A stretch of 24,000 nucleotides of DNA from Actinomycetales bacterium (GTDB lineage Bacteria; Actinomycetota; Actinomycetes; S36-B12): NCBI GenBank assembly GCA_018970765.1, contig JAGWVT010000005.1:28867-52866 (forward strand). Reading direction: 5' to 3'. Shown one piece after another: positions 9,146 through 16,432 of the stretch. A program made the position numbers and the translations under genes. Each line of letters starts with the position of its first letter. The first letter of the stretch is position 1. The notes beneath the pieces are model-generated. The model was given only the letters and a program-made list of their open reading frames with translations. It ran no database searches and was not told the DNA's origin.

Positions 9146-9191
9146 GGCTTGATATCCAAGCCGTGGTACCTAGTACACGAAGGAGCTACCG

Positions 9192-11759
9192 GTGCCTGAT
9201 GACGTAACCCCAGTTGAAGGGGAGGTCGATGGCCACGAACTTGTGATGAGTCCATTGGGACACGGACGCATCGAGCCCGTTGATCTCCAGACGGAGATGC
9301 AGCGGTCGTACCTCGACTACTCCATGTCAGTCATCGTTTCGCGGGCGTTGCCTGATGTTCGTGACGGCCTTAAGCCCGTTCATCGCCGTGTCCTTTACGC
9401 CATGTATGACGGGGGATACCGACCTGACCGTAACTTTTCTAAGTCAGCGCGAGTTGTCGGTGACGTCATGGGCAACTATCACCCCCACGGTGACACTGCC
9501 ATCTATGACGCACTCGTTCGTCTGGCCCAACCCTGGTCATTGCGGTACCCACTTGTGCAAGGCCAAGGAAACTTCGGATCACCAGGCAACGATCCCCCAG
9601 CGGCCCAGCGCTATACCGAATGCCGTATGGCATCGCTGGCCATGGAAATGGTGCGCGATATCGACGAGGAAACCGTCGACTTCGGCCCGAACTATGACGG
9701 CCGCACGGCCGAACCGCTGGTACTACCCAGTCGTTTTCCGAACCTCTTGGTCAACGGCAGCTCAGGTATCGCCGTGGGTATGGCGACGAATATTCCTCCA
9801 CACAATCTGCGGGAGGTAGCTGCCGCTGCCCGTTGGGTGCTCGAGCATCCGGATGCCGAACGCGAGGAGCGTCTCGAAGCGCTGCTTGGTCTCGTGAAGG
9901 GCCCTGACTTTCCAACGGGCGCGAGCATCGTCGGGCGCAAGGGAATCGAGGACGCATATCGCACTGGGCGCGGATCGATCACCATGCGTGCTTCGATCAC
10001 CGTCGAAGAGGATGCACGAGGACGCCAGGTCCTCACCGTCACTGAACTGCCGTATCAAGTCAACCCCGACAATTTGCTGCTGCGCATCGCGGAACTTGTT
10101 GGTGAGGGCAAACTCACTGGAATTGCCGATATTCGCGATGACTCGTCTTCACGGACGGGTATGCGTCTGGTCATCGAACTTAAACGTGATGCAGTCGCGA
10201 AGGTTGTGTTGAATCAGCTCTACCGACATACCCAACTCCAAGACAACTTCGGTGCCAACATGCTGGCACTAGTCGACGGAGTACCGCGGACCTTGACCCT
10301 TGAGCAGTTCATCCGTTTCTGGGTCGCTCATCAGCTTGAGGTCATCCAGCGACGGACGCAGTACCGACTCCGGAAGGCCGAGGAGCGCGCGCACATCCTG
10401 CGCGGCTACCTGAAGGCCCTAGATGCCTTGGACGATGTGATCGCGCTCATTCGGCGGTCTCAGACGGTTGAGGATGCTCGCACCGGATTGATGTCGCTGC
10501 TTGATATAGACGAGATTCAGGCCACTGCGATTCTGGATATGCAGCTGCGTCGTTTGGCGGCCCTTGAGCGACAGAAGATCATCGATGAGTTCGATGAGCT
10601 CATGGCAAGGATCACCGACTACCAGGACATCCTTGGGTCACCGGAACGCCAACGCAGCATCATCGCGGACGAACTTGCGGAAATCACGGAGCGCTATGGC
10701 GATGAACGGCGCACAGGCTTCATCTCTGAGGAAGGTGACCTCTCCGAAGAGGACCTCATCGCGGATGAAACGATGGTTGTGACCATCACGTCTGGTGGCT
10801 ATGTGAAGCGCACCAAAGCCGACTCATATCGCGCTCAACGCCGTGGCGGACGGGGAGTACGAGGTGCAGCCCTTCGCCAAGACGACGTGGTTGAGCACCT
10901 CTTCGTAGCAAGCACTCATCAGTGGATTCTGTTCTTCACCAACAAAGGTCGGGTTTATCGAGCTAAGTCATACCAACTTCCGGAAACGGCACGCGACGCC
11001 CGGGGTCAGCACGTGGCGAATCTCTTGGCTTTCCAGCCCGATGAGGGAATTGCCACGGTCTTGTCACTACCCGCTTACAACCCAGATCAGAGTTTGGTGA
11101 TTGCAACACGACGCGGCATGGTGAAGAAGACTCGACTACCTGAGTACGACACGAATCGCACTGGCGGCATCATCGCCATAAACCTCGCCGACGAGGACGA
11201 AGTAATCGCTGCGCGGTTGGTGGCCGACAACGATGACCTGTTGTTGGTCTCACGGAAGGGCATGAGCGCAAGGTTCTCTGCTGGCGACGGGAGCCTACGG
11301 CCGATGGGACGGGCAACGAGTGGGGTCATCGGTATGCGTTTCAGGGGGGATGACGCGCTTCTAGCCATGGAGGTCATCCAGCCTGATTCAGCAGTGGTCA
11401 CCGTCACCGACGGCGGATTCGCCAAGCGCACCCCGGAGCAGGAGTGGGTACCTAAAGGCCGCGGTGGATTGGGTGTGCGCGCCATGCGGCTCGTAGAGGA
11501 CCGAGGATCGCTGGTCGGTGCAGTCGTTTGCTCACCAGAGGATCAACTCTTCGCGATTACCTCGAATGGCGTCGTGATCCGTACCCGAGTCAGCGAGATA
11601 CGTCCGTCCGGACGTGACACCATGGGTGTTCGGTTAATGAACCTGCCCGATCAAGACAGCGTTGTGGTCGTCACGAAGGCCGCGGACGAAGAGACGGCAG
11701 TGGAGGTTGAACAAGGAGACGGGCAGGTGGACGGGCAGGTGGAAGGGGCTCTTACGTGA
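9192..11759 (+). CDS. gyrA: DNA gyrase subunit A
   Basis: An 855-aa ORF with a GTG start preceded by gaaggag. The QRDR region is [18 protein letters not shown], the active-site region is [11 protein letters not shown], and the GyrA-box is [10 protein letters not shown]. It ends in beta-pinwheel repeats and an acidic C-terminal tail. Confidence 0.98.
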   Translation: MPDDVTPVEGEVDGHELVMSPLGHGRIEPVDLQTEMQRSYLDYSMSVIVSRALPDVRDGLKPVHRRVLYAMYDGGYRPDRNFSKSARVVGDVMGNYHPHGDTAIYDALVRLAQPWSLRYPLVQGQGNFGSPGNDPPAAQRYTECRMASLAMEMVRDIDEETVDFGPNYDGRTAEPLVLPSRFPNLLVNGSSGIAVGMATNIPPHNLREVAAAARWVLEHPDAEREERLEALLGLVKGPDFPTGASIVGRKGIEDAYRTGRGSITMRASITVEEDARGRQVLTVTELPYQVNPDNLLLRIAELVGEGKLTGIADIRDDSSSRTGMRLVIELKRDAVAKVVLNQLYRHTQLQDNFGANMLALVDGVPRTLTLEQFIRFWVAHQLEVIQRRTQYRLRKAEERAHILRGYLKALDALDDVIALIRRSQTVEDARTGLMSLLDIDEIQATAILDMQLRRLAALERQKIIDEFDELMARITDYQDILGSPERQRSIIADELAEITERYGDERRTGFISEEGDLSEEDLIADETMVVTITSGGYVKRTKADSYRAQRRGGRGVRGAALRQDDVVEHLFVASTHQWILFFTNKGRVYRAKSYQLPETARDARGQHVANLLAFQPDEGIATVLSLPAYNPDQSLVIATRRGMVKKTRLPEYDTNRTGGIIAINLADEDEVIAARLVADNDDLLLVSRKGMSARFSAGDGSLRPMGRATSGVIGMRFRGDDALLAMEVIQPDSAVVTVTDGGFAKRTPEQEWVPKGRGGLGVRAMRLVEDRGSLVGAVVCSPEDQLFAITSNGVVIRTRVSEIRPSGRDTMGVRLMNLPDQDSVVVVTKAADEETAVEVEQGDGQVDGQVEGALT

Positions 11760-12142
11760 GCGTCGATGTGCAGTCGCGGCACGCTCGACTGTTCATCTCA
11801 CGCGTTGACCCTTGGTCAGTAGCCAAGGCAGCCTTCATGATGTCGCTCGGTGTTGCCGTGATCATTGTGGTGGCCATTAGTGCCCTGTGGTTTGTGCTGG
11901 ACTTCACTGGTGTCTTCGTGACGGTGACCCGTAACCTCAATGAAGTCGTTGGCAGTGCTGCCTCAAACGTCGACCTCATGAATCTGCTGGATTTCACGCG
12001 TGTGCTCGGCATCGCAGTCATCATTGGGGCGCTTGAGGTCATCCTCGTTTCACTACTGGCGGCCATCTTCGCGGTGATGTACAACCTGACTGTCGGTCTG
12101 ACCGGGGGCGTAGAAGTAGTCCTCACAGACGTGATCAACTGA
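11756..12142 (+). CDS. DUF3566-type small membrane protein (Rv0007-like C-terminal domain)
   Basis: A 128-aa ORF whose GTG start overlaps the gyrA stop (GTGA at 11756-11759). It begins with a [32 protein letters not shown] segment and has further hydrophobic helices typical of the DUF3566 family, which follows gyrA in actinobacteria. Confidence 0.8.
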   Translation: MSVDVQSRHARLFISRVDPWSVAKAAFMMSLGVAVIIVVAISALWFVLDFTGVFVTVTRNLNEVVGSAASNVDLMNLLDFTRVLGIAVIIGALEVILVSLLAAIFAVMYNLTVGLTGGVEVVLTDVIN

Positions 12143-12222
12143 CCACACGAGGTAATGAGGGGCCCCGGTTCACCGGACACAGCCCTCGTGGCGGAAGTCA
12201 GATCCGGTAGTCTTCACCGCAC

Positions 12223-12297
12223 GGGCCTATAGCTCAGCTTGGTTAGAGCGCTTCCCTGATAAGGAAGAGGCCGGTGGTTCAAGTCCACCTAGGCCCA
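12223..12297 (+). tRNA. tRNA-Ile (anticodon GAT)
   Basis: Hand-folded cloverleaf. The acceptor is GGGCCTA/TAGGCCC and the D arm is GCTC-AGCTTGGTTA-GAGC. The anticodon arm is CTTCC-CTGATAA-GGAAG and the T arm is GGTGG-TTCAAGT-CCACC. The discriminator is A and the 3' CCA is not encoded. Confidence 0.9.
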
Positions 12298-12353
12298 CTC
12301 GAGCCAATTAGGCGCATACCCCTTCGCCAAGATCCGTCGGGTATCGTGACGCC

Positions 12354-12479
12354 GTGAAGAAGTTGTTGATCCTGGGGATCGTGGCCGGTGTTGGCTACGT
12401 CATCTACCGGCAGGTCATGGCAAACCGAGCTGAGCAGGACCTATGGTCCGAGGCGACGGCCGAACCTGATCTGCGGTGA
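12354..12479 (+). CDS. DLW-39-type small membrane protein (41 aa)
   Basis: The GTG..TGA reading gives VKKLLILGIVAGVGYVIYRQVMANRAEQDLWSEATAEPDLR. It has one N-terminal TM helix and then the DLW motif. It sits in the tRNA-Ile/tRNA-Ala gap downstream of gyrA, where I recall this actinobacterial family being annotated. It falls below the ORF-track size cut-off. I saw no clear Shine-Dalgarno sequence. Confidence 0.65.
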   Translation: MKKLLILGIVAGVGYVIYRQVMANRAEQDLWSEATAEPDLR

Positions 12480-12483
12480 CCCT

Positions 12484-12556
12484 GGGGGCTTAGCTCAGTT
12501 GGTAGAGCGCTGCCTTTGCAAGGCAGAAGTCAGGGGTTCGAGTCCCCTAGCCTCCA
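12484..12556 (+). tRNA. tRNA-Ala (anticodon TGC)
   Basis: Hand-folded cloverleaf. The acceptor is GGGGGCT/AGCCTCC with the G3:U70 wobble pair that marks alanine identity. The anticodon arm is CTGCC-TTTGCAA-GGCAG and the T arm is AGGGG-TTCGAGT-CCCCT. The 3' CCA is not encoded. Confidence 0.9.
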
Positions 12557-12622
12557 CAATGTGATCGCTGCCTCGGCAGGGCATCAGGAACCCGAATTTG
12601 TCCGACATCAACACACTCGCGA

Positions 12623-13201
12623 TTGGACTCATCCGTGGCCGGAACAACTGACAGCAATGCAGGGCACCGACTCACTTCACTCAACGCGGTGATCCACACC
12701 ACTAAGGGCGACATTGACATCATCTTGTTTCCCGACCACGCACCCAAAACGGTGCGCAACTTTACGGGTCTGGCAGAGGGCAACCAAGAATGGACGGATC
12801 CAAAGGCTCGCACCAAGACAACGCGTGCGCTCTATGACGGCACAATCTTTCACCGAGTGATCCCCGGCTTCATGATTCAGGGCGGTGACCCACTCGGCAC
12901 CGGTACCGGCGGACCGGGGTATCGGTTCGCTGACGAATTTCACCCTGAACTCACGTTCGACCGTCCGTACCTGCTGGCCATGGCTAATGCCGGCCCCGGA
13001 ACCAATGGCTCGCAATTCTTCATCACCGTTGCACCAACTGCTTGGTTGAACTTCAAGCACACGATCTTCGGCGAGGTAGCAAACCAACAGTCACGTGATG
13101 TGGTTGATGTCATCGCCGGTGTGCCCACGGCCGCACAGGACCGTCCCGTCGACGAGGTCATGATCACCTCGATCGACGTACACCGTGTAGCTGGTGACTG
13201 A
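12623..13201 (+). CDS. ppiA: Peptidyl-prolyl cis-trans isomerase, cyclophilin type
   Basis: A 192-aa ORF with a TTG start in the track; the GTG at 12635 is an alternative. Its motifs are those of actinobacterial cyclophilin PpiA (Rv0009-like): [70 protein letters not shown] and HTIFGEV. Confidence 0.95.
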   Translation: MDSSVAGTTDSNAGHRLTSLNAVIHTTKGDIDIILFPDHAPKTVRNFTGLAEGNQEWTDPKARTKTTRALYDGTIFHRVIPGFMIQGGDPLGTGTGGPGYRFADEFHPELTFDRPYLLAMANAGPGTNGSQFFITVAPTAWLNFKHTIFGEVANQQSRDVVDVIAGVPTAAQDRPVDEVMITSIDVHRVAGD

Positions 13202-14048
13202 ACAACCACCCAGCGCCGCGCCGACGGCGCAGCCCTGCCCGGTACACCCGGACCGGCTGACCCTGATCAACTGCACACGATGTGGGCGCCCCATTTGCCC
13301 TGACTGCATGGTGGCTGCACCTGTCGGTTTCCAATGCCCTGAATGTGTCCGTGGAGCGGCGGCAACGACTCGAACCGCGGTGACAGTTGCGGGCGGCGTT
13401 CCAATAACCCGTCCCGTTGTCACGTTCATCTTGATCGGGCTCAACCTCACGATCTTCGGATTACAGTTCCTTGCCGGCATTAACGAAGTCGCTGGCAGTT
13501 TCGGAATGTGGCCGGTCTCTATCGCGCTAGAAAATTCATGGTTCCGTCTACTCACCAGCGCGTTTCTCCATGGCTCAATCCTGCACATTGCTTTCAACAT
13601 GTACGTGCTGTTTGCCCTGGGACCAACCCTGGAACGCATCCTTGGTCACGTCAGGTTCATCGTGCTCTACCTCGTGGCAGCAGTTGGCGGTTCAGTGGTC
13701 TCCTACGCACTGTCTGATCCACAAACTGTGTCCGTTGGTGCAAGTGGCGCGATCTTTGGACTCATGGGCGCACTTGTCGTGGCTGGTCGCCGCTTGCGAT
13801 ACGACATCCGCCAGGTGATCATCCTGCTGGTTATCAATGTGGTGATCGGTTTCCTGGCGCCAGGTGTGGATTGGAAGGCCCATCTCGGTGGATTGGTGAC
13901 GGGCGCGGCGATGGCGGCCGTACTGGTCTGGATGCCAAGGAAGAATCGGCTGCTCTGGCAGGTCCTTGGCACCGCTGCGATCCTGCTTCTTCTTGTCGCT
14001 GTCACCCTCTGGCGAACAACGCAACTGCGTGACATGCTCATTACGTGA
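13194..14048 (+). CDS. Rhomboid-family intramembrane serine protease with an N-terminal Cys-rich zinc-ribbon-like segment
   Basis: A 284-aa ORF with multiple TM helices. It has the rhomboid motifs [18 protein letters not shown], the catalytic [11 protein letters not shown] and the downstream histidine in [11 protein letters not shown]. The N-terminus carries [20 protein letters not shown]. The GTG start overlaps the ppiA 3' end by 8 nt. Confidence 0.9.
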   Translation: MTEQPPSAAPTAQPCPVHPDRLTLINCTRCGRPICPDCMVAAPVGFQCPECVRGAAATTRTAVTVAGGVPITRPVVTFILIGLNLTIFGLQFLAGINEVAGSFGMWPVSIALENSWFRLLTSAFLHGSILHIAFNMYVLFALGPTLERILGHVRFIVLYLVAAVGGSVVSYALSDPQTVSVGASGAIFGLMGALVVAGRRLRYDIRQVIILLVINVVIGFLAPGVDWKAHLGGLVTGAAMAAVLVWMPRKNRLLWQVLGTAAILLLLVAVTLWRTTQLRDMLIT

Positions 14049-15214
14049 GTCATTTACGTGACGCGGTGATCGTTGGCGCGGTGCGAACGCCGGTGGGTAT
14101 CGGTAAACCGGGCAAGGGCGCCTTCGCTGGAATTCATCCAGTGGATCTATCGGCCAAAGTACTCAGCGGTCTCATGGACCGAACCGGCGTTGAGGCAACC
14201 CAAATTGACGATGTCATCTGGGGGTGTGTTTCGCAGGTCGGTGAGCAGTCCGCAAACGTGGCACGTAATGCGGCACTGGCTGCCGGTTTACCGGAACAAG
14301 TCCCTGGCGTCACCGTCGATCGGCAGTGCGGCTCTAGTCAGCAGGCAGTCCACTTTGCTGCCTCTTCGGTCATCGCTGGCCACATGGATGTCGTCATTGC
14401 AGGTGGGGTCGAGTCCATGTCGCGGGTGCCGATGTTCTCCAATGCAGCTGGGGGAGACGGCCCCTTTGGCCCAATGATGCTGGAGCGCTACCAAGGCCGC
14501 CTCGTACCGCAGGGTTTGAGTGCCGAGATGATCGCCCAGCAGTGGGGTCTTACTCGACAGGTTTTGGATGAGATCGCCTGCGCCTCGCACCAGCGCGCCG
14601 CCGAAGCATCACGTGAGGGTGCCTTCCACGATGAGATCCTCCCCATCGGTAACGGTGCATCCCTGGTGGCGACAGACCAAGGCATCCGGCCAGACACCTC
14701 AATGGAGGGGCTGTCCGCACTCAAGCCGGCATTCATCCCTGACGGCGTAGTCACGGCAGGCAATGCCTCACAGATCTCCGATGGTGCCGCCGCACTCTTG
14801 ATTACGACCAGCCAACGGGCAACAGAACTTGGTTTGCGCCCACTTGCCCGCATTCACAGCGTGGCGATGGCTGGGGTTGACCCAGTGATCATGCTGACCG
14901 GGCCGATACCGGCGACCGCGAAAGTCCTGCAGCGGGCCGGCCTTTCATTGGCGGATATTGGAGCCTTCGAAATCAATGAAGCCTTCGCGAGCGTCATCGG
15001 CGCTTGGCTTGCCGAGACAGGCGCAGACCCTGCGCTTGTGAACCCAACGGGTGGTGCCATCGCCCTAGGGCACCCACTCGGCGCCTCTGGAGCACGCCTC
15101 ATGACGACACTGGTCCACGGTCTGCAGCGCACCGGGGCGCGCTATGGCCTGCAGGCCATGTGCGAGGGCGGCGGGATGGCCAACGCGACGATCCTGGAGC
15201 GCCTGGACCCCTAG
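14045..15214 (+). CDS. Acetyl-CoA C-acetyltransferase (thiolase family)
   Basis: A 389-aa ORF with the nucleophile Cys in TVDRQCGSSQQA. It also has NEAFASV, GGAIALGHPLGASGARL and the C-terminal catalytic Cys in AMCEGGGMANA. Its GTG start overlaps the rhomboid stop (GTGA at 14045-14048). Confidence 0.93.
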   Translation: MSHLRDAVIVGAVRTPVGIGKPGKGAFAGIHPVDLSAKVLSGLMDRTGVEATQIDDVIWGCVSQVGEQSANVARNAALAAGLPEQVPGVTVDRQCGSSQQAVHFAASSVIAGHMDVVIAGGVESMSRVPMFSNAAGGDGPFGPMMLERYQGRLVPQGLSAEMIAQQWGLTRQVLDEIACASHQRAAEASREGAFHDEILPIGNGASLVATDQGIRPDTSMEGLSALKPAFIPDGVVTAGNASQISDGAAALLITTSQRATELGLRPLARIHSVAMAGVDPVIMLTGPIPATAKVLQRAGLSLADIGAFEINEAFASVIGAWLAETGADPALVNPTGGAIALGHPLGASGARLMTTLVHGLQRTGARYGLQAMCEGGGMANATILERLDP

Positions 15215-15297
15215 TTGAAAACCCGCGCGAGCGTGGGGCGGATGGTGGATGTGGGACCTGGAGTGAAGAACGTGTTCGTTGAATTGTGGACAAACTG

Positions 15298-15315
15298 AGC
15301 CTGTTTCCACAGGCT
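15298..15315. terminator. Stem-loop AGCCTGT-TTCC-ACAGGCT between convergent thiolase and crgA (possible bidirectional terminator)
   Basis: A perfect 7-bp stem with a 4-nt loop is read directly from the sequence. On the crgA (minus) transcript it is followed by CAGTTTG. There is no strong U-tract in either direction. Confidence 0.35.
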
Positions 15316-15370
15316 ATCCCCAGGTGGGGAAAACTACACGCTTGTGATTCGTTGCCCCAAGTGTGCTGGG

Positions 15371-15637
15371 CTAGCGCCAACGGGTGGCGAGCACAAACCC
15401 CACGATGATGAACCCGAATCCAATCGCGACATTAATCAGCGGACTTAGATCCTTCATCCCCGGAATCTGGCTACCTGCGATATAGAACACGACGATGTAC
15501 AACATCCCGAGCACGAAGCAAGCAACCATGGTCGGTGCCAGCCAACTTGGTGAGCCGATGCGCGCAACCTTGCGCTCCCCGATCCCTGAGGGACCCTGGA
15601 AGCCCACCTCACGCTTGCGCCTTTTGGACTCAGGCAT
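15371..15637 (-). CDS. crgA: Cell division protein CrgA
   Basis: An 88-aa ORF with a basic N-terminus (MPESKRRKRE), the SPSWLAPTMVACFVLGMLYIVVFY helix and a second TM helix ending in RWR. This is the typical CrgA (Rv0011c-like) topology and position. A strong RBS (gaaggaggga) lies upstream on the minus strand. Confidence 0.9.
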   Translation of the reverse strand: MPESKRRKREVGFQGPSGIGERKVARIGSPSWLAPTMVACFVLGMLYIVVFYIAGSQIPGMKDLSPLINVAIGFGFIIVGFVLATRWR

Positions 15638-15778
15638 GGTCCCTCCTTCGTGAAGACATCTATCCGATGTAAGTAACAGGCCGATCCCTCGCTGCTCCGC
15701 AATCGAGCACCGCTCTGCTCGAGGTGCTAAAAGTGCTCATCGCACAATACCGGGCCGGGGTGCACCGATACCCCCAAG

Positions 15779-16432
15779 ATGACGCACAATGGCATGGCTA
15801 TGACCCGGGTTCTAGTGATCGACAATCGAGACTCATTCGTTCACAACCTGGTGGACTACCTGCGGCAACTGAATGCCGAGGTCGATGTCGTTGATGGCAC
15901 CGTTGACCTGCCTGCACAGGTGCTCCAATCCGTCACCAAGGCACCCTTTAGGTACGACGGAGTGCTGCTGTCGCCCGGACCCGGCACCCCTGAGGCCGCC
16001 GTGGTCAGTAGGCAAATTGCGATGGGGGCAAGTCTGCCGCTTCTCGGTGTCTGCCTCGGCCATCAAGTAGTCGCAGTTGCGTTTGGAGGCAGCGTCGGGA
16101 ATGCCCCAGTGTTGGTGCACGGGAGGGCTTCAAAGGTTCACCATGACGGGGGTGGAATCTTCGAGGGTTTACCGAGCCCGCTCGCAGCCGGGCGCTACCA
16201 CTCCCTGGCAGTTGACCCAACAAGAATTCCGACCGCACTGGAAGTCTCTGCCCGGACACCCGACGGGATCGTCATGGGACTTCGCCATCGAAGTCGACCT
16301 ATCGAGAGTGTGCAGTTCCACCCGGAATCGATTCTGACGGAGCACGGACACACCATGCTTCGCAATTGGCTGGACATGGTGGAGCGTTACGCAGAGTCCC
16401 AGGAAGTCCTAGGAAGTCCTAGGCAGTCTTAG
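15779..16432 (+). CDS. trpG: Class-I glutamine amidotransferase, anthranilate/aminodeoxychorismate synthase component II
   Basis: A 217-aa ORF. The likely true start is Met8 at 15800 (MTRVLVIDNRDSFVHNLV). It has the catalytic triad motifs LGVCLGHQ and VQFHPES. It is an orphan (no adjacent trpE or pabB), as is Rv0013 in the same crgA-pknB context. Confidence 0.9.
   Translation: MTHNGMAMTRVLVIDNRDSFVHNLVDYLRQLNAEVDVVDGTVDLPAQVLQSVTKAPFRYDGVLLSPGPGTPEAAVVSRQIAMGASLPLLGVCLGHQVVAVAFGGSVGNAPVLVHGRASKVHHDGGGIFEGLPSPLAAGRYHSLAVDPTRIPTALEVSARTPDGIVMGLRHRSRPIESVQFHPESILTEHGHTMLRNWLDMVERYAESQEVLGSPRQS
16401..16430. repeat. 10-bp tandem repeat x3 (AGGAAGTCCT AGGAAGTCCT AGGCAGTCTT) at the overlapping trpG/pknB stop codons
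   Basis: Read directly from the sequence. Two units are identical and the third has 2 mismatches. The junctions create the palindrome TCCTAGGA at 16407-16414 and TCCTAGGC at 16417-16424. Confidence 0.85.

Noticed and set aside
11752-12180. 142-aa minus-strand mirror ORF of the DUF3566 gene
   Set aside because: The plus-strand product has clean TM helices and the conserved N-terminal DUF3566-like segment. Its start is also coupled to the gyrA stop. The minus-strand product is Thr/Ser/Met/Ala-rich and runs into the non-coding tRNA leader.
12223-12556. tRNA-Ile/tRNA-Ala pair as a possible integration site for a mobile element
   Set aside because: There is no integrase, no duplicated tRNA 3'-end repeat and no compositional shift nearby. 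The flanking genes are conserved origin-region core genes.
13091-13639. 182-aa minus-strand ORF across the ppiA/rhomboid junction
   Set aside because: It overlaps two well-supported plus-strand genes and crosses their boundary. It has no motifs.
14045-15214. Thiolase as a horizontally acquired insertion
   Set aside because: Its start is fused to the rhomboid stop, there are no flanking repeats or mobility genes, and the codon style looks like that of its neighbours. I kept it only as a synteny curiosity.
15233-15298. 21-codon GTG..TGA frame (VGRMVDVGPGVKNVFVELWTN) in the thiolase-crgA gap
   Set aside because: It has no RBS and no recognisable family. It overlaps the DnaA-box-like motif and the start of the terminator-like hairpin. 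It is too short to support without conservation data.
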